DNA of 46,889 nucleotides from a bacterium (lineage in GTDB: Bacteria; UBA8248), in assembly GCA_965213685.1 (NCBI GenBank), contig CBDBZY010000019.1, positions 1 to 46,889 of the forward strand, in the 5' to 3' direction. Shown piece after piece: positions 1 through 10,073 of the stretch. The translations under genes and the position numbers were made by a program. The notes below the pieces were generated by a model. It ran no database searches. It worked only from the letters and a program-made list of their open reading frames with translations, and was not told the DNA's origin. Numbering within the stretch: the stretch's first letter is position 1; each line of letters begins with the position of its first letter.

Positions 1-2291
1 CCGCAGCAGCCCGTCTCGGCGAGTTCCACCCCGAAGCCGGCGGATTCCAGAACCCGCACGGCGGCCTTGCCGATCTCCGGATAATGGAAGTTCGTAAAGG
101 TGTCGTTGAGGAACAGCACCTCGCCGCGCCTCGACGCCGCCCTCCCGGCCGCGGGACGGCCCCGAAACCACTCCTCGAAGGTGGGAGCGACGAGGGGAGG
201 GAGCCTTCTTCTTCTGTCAATCCCCAGAAACCTGTCCAGCAGGAAGCGCGCGAAGCGGTTGTCCAGCGTCCAGTTCACGAGGGGTGCCACCGGGACGCTC
301 CAGCGGTTCACCCCCGCGATGCGGCCCATCAGCCGCACGCGCAGGGGCACTCCGCGCTTGTCGTAGTAGGCCTGGAGCACCTCCGCCTTGAGCTTGGCCA
401 TGTCCACGCTGGAGGGGCACTCCGCCTTGCAGCCCTTGCAGGAGAGACACAGGTCCAGCACCTCGTAGAGGCGCTCGCTGCCCAAATCCTCCCCGGGTAT
501 TCCGTTCGAGATGACCTCCCGCAGCGCGTTTGCCCGCCCGCGCGTGGAGTGCTCCTCCTCCAGCGTCGCCTGGTAGGAGGGGCACATCGTGCCGTCGCGC
601 TTGCGGCACGCGCCCACCCCGTTGCAAAGCTCCACCGCGCGCGCGAAGCCGCCATCAGCCGAGAAATCCATGATGGTCGGTATCTCAGGGGTTTTATGAT
701 ACGACGCGCCGCCGAAACGCAGGTTTTCGGTAAAGGGCCGCGCGTTGACGATTTTCCCCGGGTTCATCCGGTTCTCCGGGTCGAAGAGCCGCTTCACCTC
801 CAGAAACGCGCCATAGAGTTTCTCGCCGAAGAATTTGGGCACCCACTGGCTCCTCGCCAGGCCGTCTCCGTGCTCCCCGCTCATCGCCCCCCCATATTCG
901 AGCACAAGGTCGGAAACCTCCTCGGCGATGGAGGCCATCTTCTCGATCTCCGCATCGTCCTTGAGGTTGATGAGGGGGCGCAGGTGGAGCAGTCCCACGC
1001 TCGTGTGGCCATAGTAGGAGGTGGCCGTCCCATGTTTCTTCATGATGGCCTCGAAGCGCCGGTAGTAGGCCAGAAGACGCTCCGGGGCCACCGCGCAATC
1101 CTCCACGAAGGCGTGCGGCTTCCAGTCGCCCCGGCGACCGAGGAGGAAGCCCAGCCCCGCCTTTCGCATGTTCAGGCAATCCTGCTTGTGGGCGGGATCG
1201 TCCAGGGGAACGCGCGCGTAGCCGATGTTCCTGGCTTCCAACTCATCGTGCAGGCGACGGACTTTCTTCCTGGCCTCCGCGTCGTTTTCGGCGAAAAACT
1301 CGACCGTCAGGAAAGAATCCGGATCGCCCACCACGAAGCTGTCCATGAGGCGCCGGGCCTCGAGATTCTTTTTCGCGAGCTCGATGATCACCCTGTCGAT
1401 GATCTCTATCGCCGCCACGTCGTGGTCCAGAATCGTCGCGCTCGCGGCGAGAGCCTCCTCGATGCTGTGGAAATGCACCACCAGAACGCCGAGTGCCCTG
1501 GGCTTGGGACACACGCGCACCTTGACCTCCGTGATCACCGCCAGCGTGCCCTCGGCCCCCACCAGGAGTTTGGCGAGGTTGAAAGGCTGGCTCTCCTTCG
1601 CGAGTTCATCGAGGTTGTATCCGCTCACGCGGCGCATGATTTTCGGATAGCGATCCGCAATCTCCTCCCGGTGGGCGTCCACGACGCCCCGGAGCGCCTT
1701 GTGCAGCCTGCCCAGGCGCGAGTCCTGCTCCATCAATCTTCTCAGGGAGTCGGCGTCCTGCGGGCCAAAGGAGAAGGGCGCGCCATCGACGAAATAGCCG
1801 GCTACCTCGATGACGTGATCCACCGTCTTCCCGTAGACGATGGAGCGCGAGCCGGAGGAGTTGTTCCCCACCATGCCGCCGATGGTGGCGCGGCTGCTCG
1901 TGGACGTGTTGGGGCCAAAAACGAAGCCGTGCGGGCTCAGATAGTCGTTGAAATGATCCTGCACCAGCCCCGGCTGCACGCGCGCCCATTCCTCCTCGGC
2001 GTTGAGTTCGAGCACCTGGTTCATGTATTTGGAAAAATCGAGCACCAGCGCCTCGCCCACCGTCTGGCCGGCGAGGCTGGTCCCGCCGCCCCGCGGCAGG
2101 ATGGCGGTGCCGTGGCGGCCGGCGAGCTCGAGCGTTTTGCGCACGTCGGCGTCCGTCCTGGGCAGCACGACGCCCACGGGCTCTATCTCGTACATGCTGG
2201 CGTCCGTGCTGTATATTTTTCTCGTGAAACGGTCGAAGCGCACCTCGCCGTCGATCGCGCCGCGCAACTCCTCCTCAAGTATCGCATTCAT
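1..2291 (-). CDS. FAD-linked oxidase / 4Fe-4S oxidoreductase (GlcD+GlcF fusion, YdiJ-like), 3' end runs off the window
   Basis: Read by hand on the minus strand because it is absent from the ORF track (no stop in window). It starts MNAILEEELRGAIDGEVRFDRFTRKIYSTDASMYEIEP and contains RGGGTSLAGQ, GGMVGNNSSG, MSGEHGDG, CNGVGACRK..MCPSY and CLSCKGCKAECP. Confidence 0.85.
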   Translation of the reverse strand, partial: MNAILEEELRGAIDGEVRFDRFTRKIYSTDASMYEIEPVGVVLPRTDADVRKTLELAGRHGTAILPRGGGTSLAGQTVGEALVLDFSKYMNQVLELNAEEEWARVQPGLVQDHFNDYLSPHGFVFGPNTSTSSRATIGGMVGNNSSGSRSIVYGKTVDHVIEVAGYFVDGAPFSFGPQDADSLRRLMEQDSRLGRLHKALRGVVDAHREEIADRYPKIMRRVSGYNLDELAKESQPFNLAKLLVGAEGTLAVITEVKVRVCPKPRALGVLVVHFHSIEEALAASATILDHDVAAIEIIDRVIIELAKKNLEARRLMDSFVVGDPDSFLTVEFFAENDAEARKKVRRLHDELEARNIGYARVPLDDPAHKQDCLNMRKAGLGFLLGRRGDWKPHAFVEDCAVAPERLLAYYRRFEAIMKKHGTATSYYGHTSVGLLHLRPLINLKDDAEIEKMASIAEEVSDLVLEYGGAMSGEHGDGLARSQWVPKFFGEKLYGAFLEVKRLFDPENRMNPGKIVNARPFTENLRFGGASYHKTPEIPTIMDFSADGGFARAVELCNGVGACRKRDGTMCPSYQATLEEEHSTRGRANALREVISNGIPGEDLGSERLYEVLDLCLSCKGCKAECPSSVDMAKLKAEVLQAYYDKRGVPLRVRLMGRIAGVNRWSVPVAPLVNWTLDNRFARFLLDRFLGIDRRRRLPPLVAPTFEEWFRGRPAAGRAASRRGEVLFLNDTFTNFHYPEIGKAAVRVLESAGFGVELAETGCC

Positions 2292-2504
2292 TGTCACATC
2301 TCATCTGTTTGTATTTATGACGAAAAATATCATAATATAACAAATTACTTTAACTTGGCCGGCCTTTGTCGATCATAGGACAGGGAGGCGCCCGAGACAA
2401 GGGAGGCTCCGCCCCTTTGCGGGATGGCCGCCATCCCCGTTTGCCAAGAGAGGGGAAGGCGCGCTAAGTTTTGCCTTCCCTCGTTCGGGAGAGGAGAGGA
2501 TGGG

Positions 2505-3509
2505 TTGAGGAAATATCACGAGCTGGCGAGGCGCGCCCTTGAAGATGAAAGCCCGGGACGGGAGGAGGCGTTCTCCGTCCTCGATGCGCCCGATGAGGAT
2601 ATCCTTCAGCTGCTCGACGCCGCCTTTCGCGTCCGGCGCGCGTATTTCGGGAAAAAGGTGCAGCTGCACTACCTCATCAACGCCAAAAGCGGCATTTGCC
2701 CGGAAGATTGCGGATATTGCTCCCAATCCGCCGTTTCCGCCGCCGCGATCGACAGATACGATTTGGTGGATGAAGAACAACTCCTCGCCGGGGCGGCGCG
2801 CGCCGAGGCGGCCGGTGCCCGGAGATATTGCATCGTCATGAGCGCGCGCGGCCCCTCGGATGCGGAAATCGACCGGATCTGCCGCGCAGTCTCCCGCATC
2901 CAGTCGCGCAGTCGCCTGGACATATGCTGCTCCCTCGGCTTGCTCGCATCCTCCCAGGCCGCCAGGCTGAGCGAGGCGGGCGTGAACCGCTTCAACCACA
3001 ACCTCAACACGAGCGCGCGCCACTACTCCCGAATTTGCACCACGCACGCCTATGACGACCGCCTAGACACCCTGGTCGCAGCGCGCGGGGCAGGCCTCGA
3101 ATTGTGCTCTGGCGTGATTTTCGGACAGGGGGAGAGCGCCGAGGACGTGGCGGACGTCTGCGAGGCGCTGAGCGCCCTCGGGCCGGAATCCATACCGGTG
3201 AATTTTCTGAACCCCATCGCCGGAACGCCGTTCGAGGGGAAGCCCCCGCTCGGACCGACGACCTGCCTCAAGCTCTTGTGCCTGATGCGATTTTACAATC
3301 CGCGCTCCGAAATACGGGTCGCAGGGGGAAGGGAAGTGCAATTACGGGAACTGCAGCCCCTGGCACTCTTTCCCGCCAACTCCATTTTTGTGGACGGCTA
3401 CCTCACCACGCCCGGCCAGGAATCGGCCGCGGCCCGCCGCATGATCCGCGACGCGGGGTTCGAGATCGACGCCGAAGGCCAGAGCGATCCCGTCCTCTCG
3501 CAACGATAA
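2505..3509 (+). CDS. bioB: biotin synthase (radical SAM)
   Basis: Motifs CPEDCGYCSQS, FNHNLNTS, CSGVIFGQGES, SIPVNFL, EIRVAGGRE and ANSIFVDGYLTT. Probable TTG start at 2505 after GGAGAGGA (ORF is open from 2424). Confidence 0.95.
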   Translation: MRKYHELARRALEDESPGREEAFSVLDAPDEDILQLLDAAFRVRRAYFGKKVQLHYLINAKSGICPEDCGYCSQSAVSAAAIDRYDLVDEEQLLAGAARAEAAGARRYCIVMSARGPSDAEIDRICRAVSRIQSRSRLDICCSLGLLASSQAARLSEAGVNRFNHNLNTSARHYSRICTTHAYDDRLDTLVAARGAGLELCSGVIFGQGESAEDVADVCEALSALGPESIPVNFLNPIAGTPFEGKPPLGPTTCLKLLCLMRFYNPRSEIRVAGGREVQLRELQPLALFPANSIFVDGYLTTPGQESAAARRMIRDAGFEIDAEGQSDPVLSQR

Positions 3510-3621
3510 TTGGATTTCTCGCACGGCCATTTCAGGAGAAGAAGGAAGGCGCAGACACATTATTTTACATAACATATCTTATCGTTCATTCAGGTCGTTC
3601 GGGCGTTCCGCAGGCCACGCT

Positions 3622-4290
3622 TCATTTGGCGGCTTTCACGCTCAGTTTCGAGCGAATCCGCTCGCTCAGGAATGGACTCTCGGGATGTTTTTTGCTCAGT
3701 TCCTCATACGTCTTGCGCGCATCTTCCTCCCGCCCGATCTTCTCCTGGCAAGCGGCGATGGAGAGATAGAGATCCTCCGGCGCGAAGAGGCTTCCTTTTC
3801 GCAGAATCGACCGCCACACGGCTATCGCCTCGGCGCAGGCGCCCTCGAGCATCAGGACGGAGGCCGTCCCGCGCCGGGCCAGCTCCTTGTCGCCCTCAGA
3901 GGAAGCGCCGCTGTTGTCGACGAGTGCGTAGTGCGCCCGCGCGCCTGGATAGTCTTTTCTCTCGCGCAAAAGGGACGCTAGGTGCAGCCGCGCCAAAGCG
4001 CCCGGGCGCGAGCGCGGATAATCGGCGATCACCTTTTCGAGGGCGCGCTCCACGGCTTCCCCCTTGCCGTCCGGGGATGCGGCCTTGGCCAGGCCATACG
4101 CCAAGGACGCCTTCTCCCGCGCGCGATCGTCCCACATGCGGTAGCCCACGAAGGCGGCCGCCAGCAAAGCGACGCAGGCCAAGGCGACGTAGAAGATCTT
4201 TTGATTCTCCAGGAACCAGAGGAGCGCCTTGCGCCCGTATGTCTGCAGCCTATCCGGCTGCCGAATGTCCTTGCGAAAAGTCCTCGCCAT
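3622..4290 (-). CDS. membrane-anchored tetratricopeptide repeat protein (YfgM-like)
   Basis: N-terminal KDIRQPD motif, one TM segment, then TPR-like helices (VIADYPRS..ARLHLA, YEELSKKHPESP). Confidence 0.75.
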   Translation of the reverse strand: MARTFRKDIRQPDRLQTYGRKALLWFLENQKIFYVALACVALLAAAFVGYRMWDDRAREKASLAYGLAKAASPDGKGEAVERALEKVIADYPRSRPGALARLHLASLLRERKDYPGARAHYALVDNSGASSEGDKELARRGTASVLMLEGACAEAIAVWRSILRKGSLFAPEDLYLSIAACQEKIGREEDARKTYEELSKKHPESPFLSERIRSKLSVKAAK

Positions 4291-4448
4291 CTCTCACCAC
4301 CATCTTTCCGGAATGGACGCTCCCGCGCGCGTCCACGGCGCCATTGCGGGGATTGATGTATTGGATTCGTCCTTGTCGTCCGAGCGTTTCCCTTTGGCAA
4401 ATGCGTCGTCTTGCCGGCCGTTTTCGGCACGACAGACGAGCGGCCCGC

Positions 4449-4478
4449 ACGATAAGTGGAACCGGGCGGCTCCGTCAA
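4449..4478 (-). promoter_or_regulatory. putative sigma70 promoter for the TPR gene
   Basis: TTGACG-N18-TATCGT on the minus strand. Confidence 0.4.
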
Positions 4479-4604
4479 TCGGCGCGCGTTTTTTCGTAAG
4501 TACAAGGCCAAGCGCCCCGCGCGCGCCATGCCGCAAGGAGTCCGTGTTTCCGCATGATTCGGGGTTCACGGGAACGCGCGCCCCGCGCTAAAGAGGACAC
4601 GAGG

Positions 4605-5012
4605 CTATGCCTGGCTCCCGTTGAGGATGTCGAGTATATCCCGGAGCTCTTTCCGGACCCGCGTGATATCCACCCTCTCTTTCTCCGCACTTCCGAACTG
4701 CGGCCCGGGGGTCGCTTCCGGCACGGCCCCGGCAGATTTGGATTTGGCCGCTCTTTTCTTTTGCATCTGCTTCTTGGCGCCGGCGATGGTGAAATTCTCT
4801 TCGTACAACAATTTTTTGATCGAAAGAACAATCTCCACGTCTTTTTTGCGATACACCCGCTGGCCCGACTCTCCCTTGGCGGGTCGAAGCGCCTGAAACT
4901 CGCTCTCCCAATAGCGAAGGACGTGGGGCTTCGTCCCGGTCAACTCCGCCACTTCGCCAATCTTGAAGAACAGTTTGTCGGGTATGCGCTGATCCTGGGG
5001 GGTCCGGGCCAT
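4605..5012 (-). CDS. MerR-family transcriptional regulator
   Basis: [39 protein letters not shown]...GQRVY...[14 protein letters not shown], the type usually found after ihfA. Real start at 5012 with GGGAG upstream. Confidence 0.9.
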   Translation of the reverse strand: MARTPQDQRIPDKLFFKIGEVAELTGTKPHVLRYWESEFQALRPAKGESGQRVYRKKDVEIVLSIKKLLYEENFTIAGAKKQMQKKRAAKSKSAGAVPEATPGPQFGSAEKERVDITRVRKELRDILDILNGSQA

Positions 5013-5022
5013 CGTAGACTCC

Positions 5023-6321
5023 CTATTTCTTCGCAGGCCTTTGGCGAACGACGTAGGCGCCCTCAAATCCGGCGGCGAGGATTTTTTTTCGAAACGCCGA
5101 CGCCTCCCCGAACTTCTGGAATCTGCCCGTTCGGACGGCGTACAGCCGCGTCGACCCGCTTCGGGGCCGGGAGGCGAGCACGCCACGAAAACCGGCATCC
5201 TCCACCCGATCCAGCAGAATGGCGGCATCCTCCAGGTCCCGGAAACTTCCGGCGGACACCCTCCACAGGCTTTGATGCCGATACACCCTGGCGATAATTT
5301 TGCGACTCCTCGCCTCTTTCGCCAGGGCCTGCGCCTCACGGCGGCTCGCGAATGCGCCGAGGCGCACCTCCGTCGTGCGGCCGCGCGCCCCTCGAACCAG
5401 TCGCGCCGCCTGGAACGAGGAGAATCCCTTCTCCTTCAAGCGTTTTGAATATGCGCTCACGCAGCGACCGGTGCGGCACGAGGCCACCTGAACGCTGTAG
5501 TACGAACCCCGGCGGGGGGGCGTTGCGCGAGCGCCCGCTCCGCCTGCTCCTGAAACCTTCTGGCCCTTTGCTTTTTGCTCCCCCGTCCCGACGACCCGCT
5601 TTGCGGGAACGACCGGAGGCCTAGGCGCCGCTTGTTCCATCCCCACCTTTTTTTTCGGCGCGGATTTTTTGGCGGCCTCAGCCTTCCTCTCGTCCCCGGC
5701 GCTTTCATCCCTATCCCTCTTTTTCGCCTCTGGCGGCGGGGCAGCGGGCTTTTTCGTCGCCGCCACAGCAGAGGGGGGCTGGAACGTCCGGGGCGGGCTC
5801 AGCAGCGGAATTTTTTCTGCGGGTTCTACGGGTTTTGCGGGCTTCCGGGCGGGCGCACCGGCACCGGGCGCGTTTTCGCCCGGGGGCAGGCCTTCATGGT
5901 GCGGTCGTGCGGGACGCATGGCCGGATTCGCCGCACCGCCCGCCTCTCCCCTTTCTTGCGCGTTCCTGTGCGCATTCCTGTGCGAGGGCGGCGCCCCAGC
6001 GGGTTTCTGTCTTTTCAGCCCATCGCCGACTCCCATCTTCGCCAGGCGCGCGCTCCCCTGCTCCCTGTTCTTCTCCCTCTCCCTGGCTCTTTCGATTTCC
6101 GCTTCTTTTTTGTGCTTGGGAATCCACCAGAATTGATACCCCGCCCACGCCACGCCGCCCAGCATCACAAACACGAACAGGACGATCATCAAGACGTCGA
6201 TCCAGCCGCCGCCACGCTCCCGAAAGCCTCCCTCGCCGTCTCTCAAATTCGCCATGGAGCCGTCTCCCCTGCTCTCGTCATCGTCATCGCCCTCGAGGAG
6301 ATTCACCCTTTTCCCCGCCAT
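5023..6321 (-). CDS. SPOR-domain peptidoglycan-binding membrane protein (FtsN/DedD-like architecture)
   Basis: Single TM segment, long Pro/Ala/Lys-rich linker and C-terminal SPOR repeats ([37 protein letters not shown]). Confidence 0.75.
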   Translation of the reverse strand: MAGKRVNLLEGDDDDESRGDGSMANLRDGEGGFRERGGGWIDVLMIVLFVFVMLGGVAWAGYQFWWIPKHKKEAEIERAREREKNREQGSARLAKMGVGDGLKRQKPAGAPPSHRNAHRNAQERGEAGGAANPAMRPARPHHEGLPPGENAPGAGAPARKPAKPVEPAEKIPLLSPPRTFQPPSAVAATKKPAAPPPEAKKRDRDESAGDERKAEAAKKSAPKKKVGMEQAAPRPPVVPAKRVVGTGEQKAKGQKVSGAGGAGARATPPRRGSYYSVQVASCRTGRCVSAYSKRLKEKGFSSFQAARLVRGARGRTTEVRLGAFASRREAQALAKEARSRKIIARVYRHQSLWRVSAGSFRDLEDAAILLDRVEDAGFRGVLASRPRSGSTRLYAVRTGRFQKFGEASAFRKKILAAGFEGAYVVRQRPAKK

Positions 6322-6357
6322 GTGGCAAATCCTCTATATCACGCGATAGCGATTCAT

Positions 6358-8445
6358 CTATTCGTTCTCGCGGGCGAGCGCCGCCTCGGATATGATTTTT
6401 TCGGAAATTTGCCCCGGCACCTCTTCGTAGTGCGAGAACTCCATCGAGAAATCCCCCCGATCCGCGGTCAGCGAACGCAGCGCGGGAGCATAGTTCAGCA
6501 CCTCCGCCATGGGGACCTGGGACTTGATGACCTGCTTGCCGTTGGCGCCCGGGTCCATGCCGAGCACCCTGCCCCTGCGCGCGTTCATGTCTCCGATGAT
6601 GTCTCCCATATACTCTTCGGGAACGATGATAGCGATGTTCATGATGGGCTCCAGGAGGGTCGGCCTGCATTCCTGCACGCCCTTTTTGAAGCCCAGGGAG
6701 CCGGCGATTTTGAACGCCATCTCGGAGCTGTCCACGTTGTGAAAGCTGCCGTCGTAGAGCGTGACCTTCAGGTCCGTCACCGGATAGCCGGCCAGGGTGC
6801 CGGAACCCATCGCCTCCACGATTCCCTTCTCCACGGCGGGGATGAAGGTTTTGGGAATCGCGCCGCCCACAATCTTGTCCACGAACTCGAATCCACTTCC
6901 GCGCCGCAAGGGCTCGATGTCCAGCCAGGTGTCTCCGAACTGCCCCCGCCCGCCCGTCTGCTTCTTGTAGCGGCCCTGCACCTTGGTCCTGCCCTTGATC
7001 GTCTCCTTGTAGGGCACGCGCGGGGTATTCATCTCCACTTCCACCCCGTACTTGCGCTTGATGCGCTCCACCATCACCTCGATGTGCAAAACGCCCAGCC
7101 CCGAGAGAAGCATCTCCTTCGTCTGGGGGTCGCGGCTGACCGTGAGCGCGGGATCCTCGTCGCGCAGGCGCGCGAGGGCCGTGCTGAGCTTCTCCTCGTC
7201 GCCCTTGCTCTTGGGCGCCACGGCATAGGAGATGACGGGCGCGGGAAACCGGATGGGTTCGAACACGAGGGCGCCCGCCTCCTCGCAAAGGGTATCGCCC
7301 GTCCTGGTGATTTTCAGCTTCGCGAGGGCGGCGATATCCCCCGGCACGAGCCTGTCGGAGACCGGCGACTGCCCCTTCCCCTGAACGAAGAACAGGGCGC
7401 CGATTCTCTCTTTCTCCGATTGCGTGGTGTTGAGAACGCTCGTGTCGGAGGAAACCTCGCCGGAGATCACGCGGAAGTAGTTCAGCTTGCCGGCGAAGGG
7501 GTCCACGACCGTCTTGAACACCAGGGCGCGGAACGGCTCGCCCGCGTCCGCCTGGACGCTCACCGGCTCGCCGCTTGCGTCTTGTGCCTGAAACGCATGG
7601 GCCAGGGGCGAGACGCCAAACTGCTCCAGTGCGTTGAGCATCAGGTCCGTGCCCACGTTCCGGAGGCCGCACCCGCACAAGACCGGCAGGAAGGCGCCCT
7701 CCCGGATGCCCTGGCGCAACCCCTGGACGATCTCCTCCGGCGAGAGATCCTCCTCCTCCAGATACTTCTCGAGCAGCTCCTCGTTCGCCTCCGCCGCGAA
7801 CTCGACGAGCTGCCCGCGACGCTCCTCGCAGACCTCCGCCAGTTCCGCCGGAATCTCGCGCTCCGTCCCCTTTCCGCTGCCCTCCACCTCGTAGGCGTAG
7901 GCCTTGCCCGCGATGAGATCGACAACCCCGTTGAAACCGGCCCCGGGGTTCATGGGCATCTGCAGGACGACGAGTCGCTTGCCGATCGTTTTTGCGGCGT
8001 ATTCCATCGCGCGGCTCAAATCGGCCTGCTCATGATCCATCTGGTTGAAATAGACGAACGCGCACAGGCCCTCCTCCTCCGCCCAGGCCAGAACCTTCTC
8101 CGTGATCACTTTCGGTTCGGAATGAGAGTTCAGGACGATGACGGCGTTGTCGCACGCGCGAATGGCGGCGACGGTGTCGGATATGAAATTCGAATACCCC
8201 GGCGTGTCGAGGAGATTGAAGCGGTGCCTGTTCCAGTTCGCGTGGGCCACCGCTCCCAGGATGGAGGAATGCCGCTTCACCTCTTCGGGTTCGGAGTCGA
8301 GTATCGTGTTGCCCGCATCCACCTTTCCCTGCCTGTCCGTGCTCCCCGCGGTGAAGAGGCAGGCCTCCACGAGAGAAGTTTTTCCGTTGCCGCCCTCGCC
8401 CAGAAAAGCAACGTTTCGGATTTTGTCTGTTTCGTTCGCCGCCAT
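6358..8445 (-). CDS. fusA: elongation factor G-like protein (EF-G2 paralog)
   Basis: Motifs IRNVAFLGEGGNGKTSL, DTPG, YKKQTGGRGQFG, DGSFHNVDSSEMAFKIAGS and LLEPIM. It lies outside the str operon. Confidence 0.9.
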   Translation of the reverse strand: MAANETDKIRNVAFLGEGGNGKTSLVEACLFTAGSTDRQGKVDAGNTILDSEPEEVKRHSSILGAVAHANWNRHRFNLLDTPGYSNFISDTVAAIRACDNAVIVLNSHSEPKVITEKVLAWAEEEGLCAFVYFNQMDHEQADLSRAMEYAAKTIGKRLVVLQMPMNPGAGFNGVVDLIAGKAYAYEVEGSGKGTEREIPAELAEVCEERRGQLVEFAAEANEELLEKYLEEEDLSPEEIVQGLRQGIREGAFLPVLCGCGLRNVGTDLMLNALEQFGVSPLAHAFQAQDASGEPVSVQADAGEPFRALVFKTVVDPFAGKLNYFRVISGEVSSDTSVLNTTQSEKERIGALFFVQGKGQSPVSDRLVPGDIAALAKLKITRTGDTLCEEAGALVFEPIRFPAPVISYAVAPKSKGDEEKLSTALARLRDEDPALTVSRDPQTKEMLLSGLGVLHIEVMVERIKRKYGVEVEMNTPRVPYKETIKGRTKVQGRYKKQTGGRGQFGDTWLDIEPLRRGSGFEFVDKIVGGAIPKTFIPAVEKGIVEAMGSGTLAGYPVTDLKVTLYDGSFHNVDSSEMAFKIAGSLGFKKGVQECRPTLLEPIMNIAIIVPEEYMGDIIGDMNARRGRVLGMDPGANGKQVIKSQVPMAEVLNYAPALRSLTADRGDFSMEFSHYEEVPGQISEKIISEAALARENE

Positions 8446-8545
8446 GTGCTCCAACTCCTTTCATATCAGTGTCCTGCCAACGAAACCTTCACAGGATTCC
8501 TAGTTTCCGGACCGGTGGGGCGCGCCGCAAAAAGGCTTTTTTGGC

Positions 8546-8574
8546 ATCTTGCCATTCAATGGCGGTTTTGTCAA
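8546..8574 (-). promoter_or_regulatory. putative sigma70 promoter for EF-G2
   Basis: TTGACA-N17-CAAGAT with an AT-rich upstream element. Confidence 0.5.
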
Positions 8575-8662
8575 TCAGAATAATTACTTGCAAGAATATG
8601 ATAAAGCTGGATATGAACTATGGATTCGCGCGCCTCTTCCAAACCCTCGAAAAAGCTTGAAG

Positions 8663-10042
8663 TTACCGCCTTGGCCTCGCGCTCCGGCCCTGCGGGTTTC
8701 GCGGGGCGATTCCCCCCCTTTGGCGGAAGCTGACGCGCAACGGCGTGCCTTCAAAATCAAAACGCTCCCTGAGCCGGTTCTCCACATATCTTCCATACTG
8801 CTCGACGGGGATGCGGCTGGCGAGGCTCGCGAAGAGGATAACATGCGGCGGAGAGGCGGCACTCTGGGTGGAATAATACACCTTGGGGCGTCGGCCCCCC
8901 GGAGCGGTGGGCGGCGGGTGGGCCTGAACGATTTCCGCTATCGCCCGATTCAGCCGCCCGGTGGGGACGCGCCTGGCGTGCGACGCATGGATTTTGTCCA
9001 CCACCTCGAAAACGCGCTCGCACCTCTGCCCCGTCAGGGCGGAGACGGAGAGAACCGGGGCGAAATGGACGTGCACCAGCTTCTCCCTGAGCTCGCGCAC
9101 TTTCGCGTCGAACGTCTTGCTCTCCCTCGCCACGAGGTCCCATTTGTTCAGCAGAATCGCACAGGCGCGGCCGGCGTCCTTGATGTGGCGGGCTATCTGC
9201 GCGTCCATCGCCCGCGGGCCCTCGGTCGCGTCGATGAGGAGCAAGACAACCTGGGCGCGCTCGATGCTGCGATACGCCATGATCATGCTCACCGCCTCCA
9301 CCTGGTGCCTGCCAATCTTCCCGCGTCTCCGGATGCCGGCCGTATCCACGAGACGGTAGGATTTCCCCCCCCGCTCGCACAGGGAGTCCACCGGGTCCCT
9401 CGTCGTCCCCGGCAGCGGACTCACCAAGGTTCGCTCCCTTCCCAGAATGCGGTTCACGAAGGAGGATTTGCCCACGTTCGGGCGACCCACGACAGCGACG
9501 CGACGCTCATCGGCGCCCGCATCCTCACCCGCCCCGGTTTCACGCGAAGCGATGAGGAGCGCCTCGTCCATCATCTCGGACACGCCCGTCCCATGCTCCG
9601 CCGAGACGGGCCAGACCTCGCCGAGGCCCAGGCGGTAAAAATCCCACTCGGCCTCGCGCGCGCGTCGGGCGTCCGATTTGTTGAGGATGAGCAGCGCCGG
9701 CTTCTCCGAGGCGCGAATCATTCGCGCGATCTCGTGATCCCCGGGGAGGAGGCCGTCCAGTCCGTCCACCAGAAACAGGACGCCGTGGCTTTCCTCAATG
9801 GCGGCCGCCGTCTGTTCCTGAATCTTGGGCAGGAACGGGTCGTCTTCCGCCGCTGCGATGCCGCCCGTATCCACCACGAGAAACTTTCTTCCGCCCGCCC
9901 ACTCCCCCTCTCCGTAGCGCCTGTCCCGCGTCACCCCCGGCTCTGGCTGGACGATGGCCGAGCGCCTGCCGACGAGGCGATTGAAGAGGGTGGACTTGCC
10001 CACGTTCGGGCGACCCACGATGACGAGGACGGGAGAGGCCAC
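8663..10042 (-). CDS. der: ribosome biogenesis GTPase Der
   Basis: Two GRPNVGKS P-loops, GVTRDR/GTTRD, DTGG/DTAG and a KH-like C-terminus (FDFEGTPL). Confidence 0.96.
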   Translation of the reverse strand: MASPVLVIVGRPNVGKSTLFNRLVGRRSAIVQPEPGVTRDRRYGEGEWAGGRKFLVVDTGGIAAAEDDPFLPKIQEQTAAAIEESHGVLFLVDGLDGLLPGDHEIARMIRASEKPALLILNKSDARRAREAEWDFYRLGLGEVWPVSAEHGTGVSEMMDEALLIASRETGAGEDAGADERRVAVVGRPNVGKSSFVNRILGRERTLVSPLPGTTRDPVDSLCERGGKSYRLVDTAGIRRRGKIGRHQVEAVSMIMAYRSIERAQVVLLLIDATEGPRAMDAQIARHIKDAGRACAILLNKWDLVARESKTFDAKVRELREKLVHVHFAPVLSVSALTGQRCERVFEVVDKIHASHARRVPTGRLNRAIAEIVQAHPPPTAPGGRRPKVYYSTQSAASPPHVILFASLASRIPVEQYGRYVENRLRERFDFEGTPLRVSFRQRGGIAPRNPQGRSARPRR

Positions 10043-10073
10043 GGGGACGGCTCCAGATGATGGGGGATGCTGT

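Noticed and set aside
84-2378. 764-aa plus-strand ORF, and similar long plus-strand ORFs (5575-8583, 11191-12705, 22041-24161, 27535-29988, 35719-37569, 42409-44385)
   Set aside because: Antisense shadow frames of well-conserved minus-strand genes in high-GC DNA, with no recognisable motifs.
2292-2504. BirA/BioR operator upstream of bioB
   Set aside because: AT-rich divergent promoter region, but I found no convincing palindrome matching known biotin operators.
4291-4604. Intergenic region after MerR considered as tRNA-Pro or 6S RNA
   Set aside because: No cloverleaf or T-loop/CCA and no convincing long 6S-like duplex by eye. A promoter-like element explains part of it. An Rfam scan would settle it.
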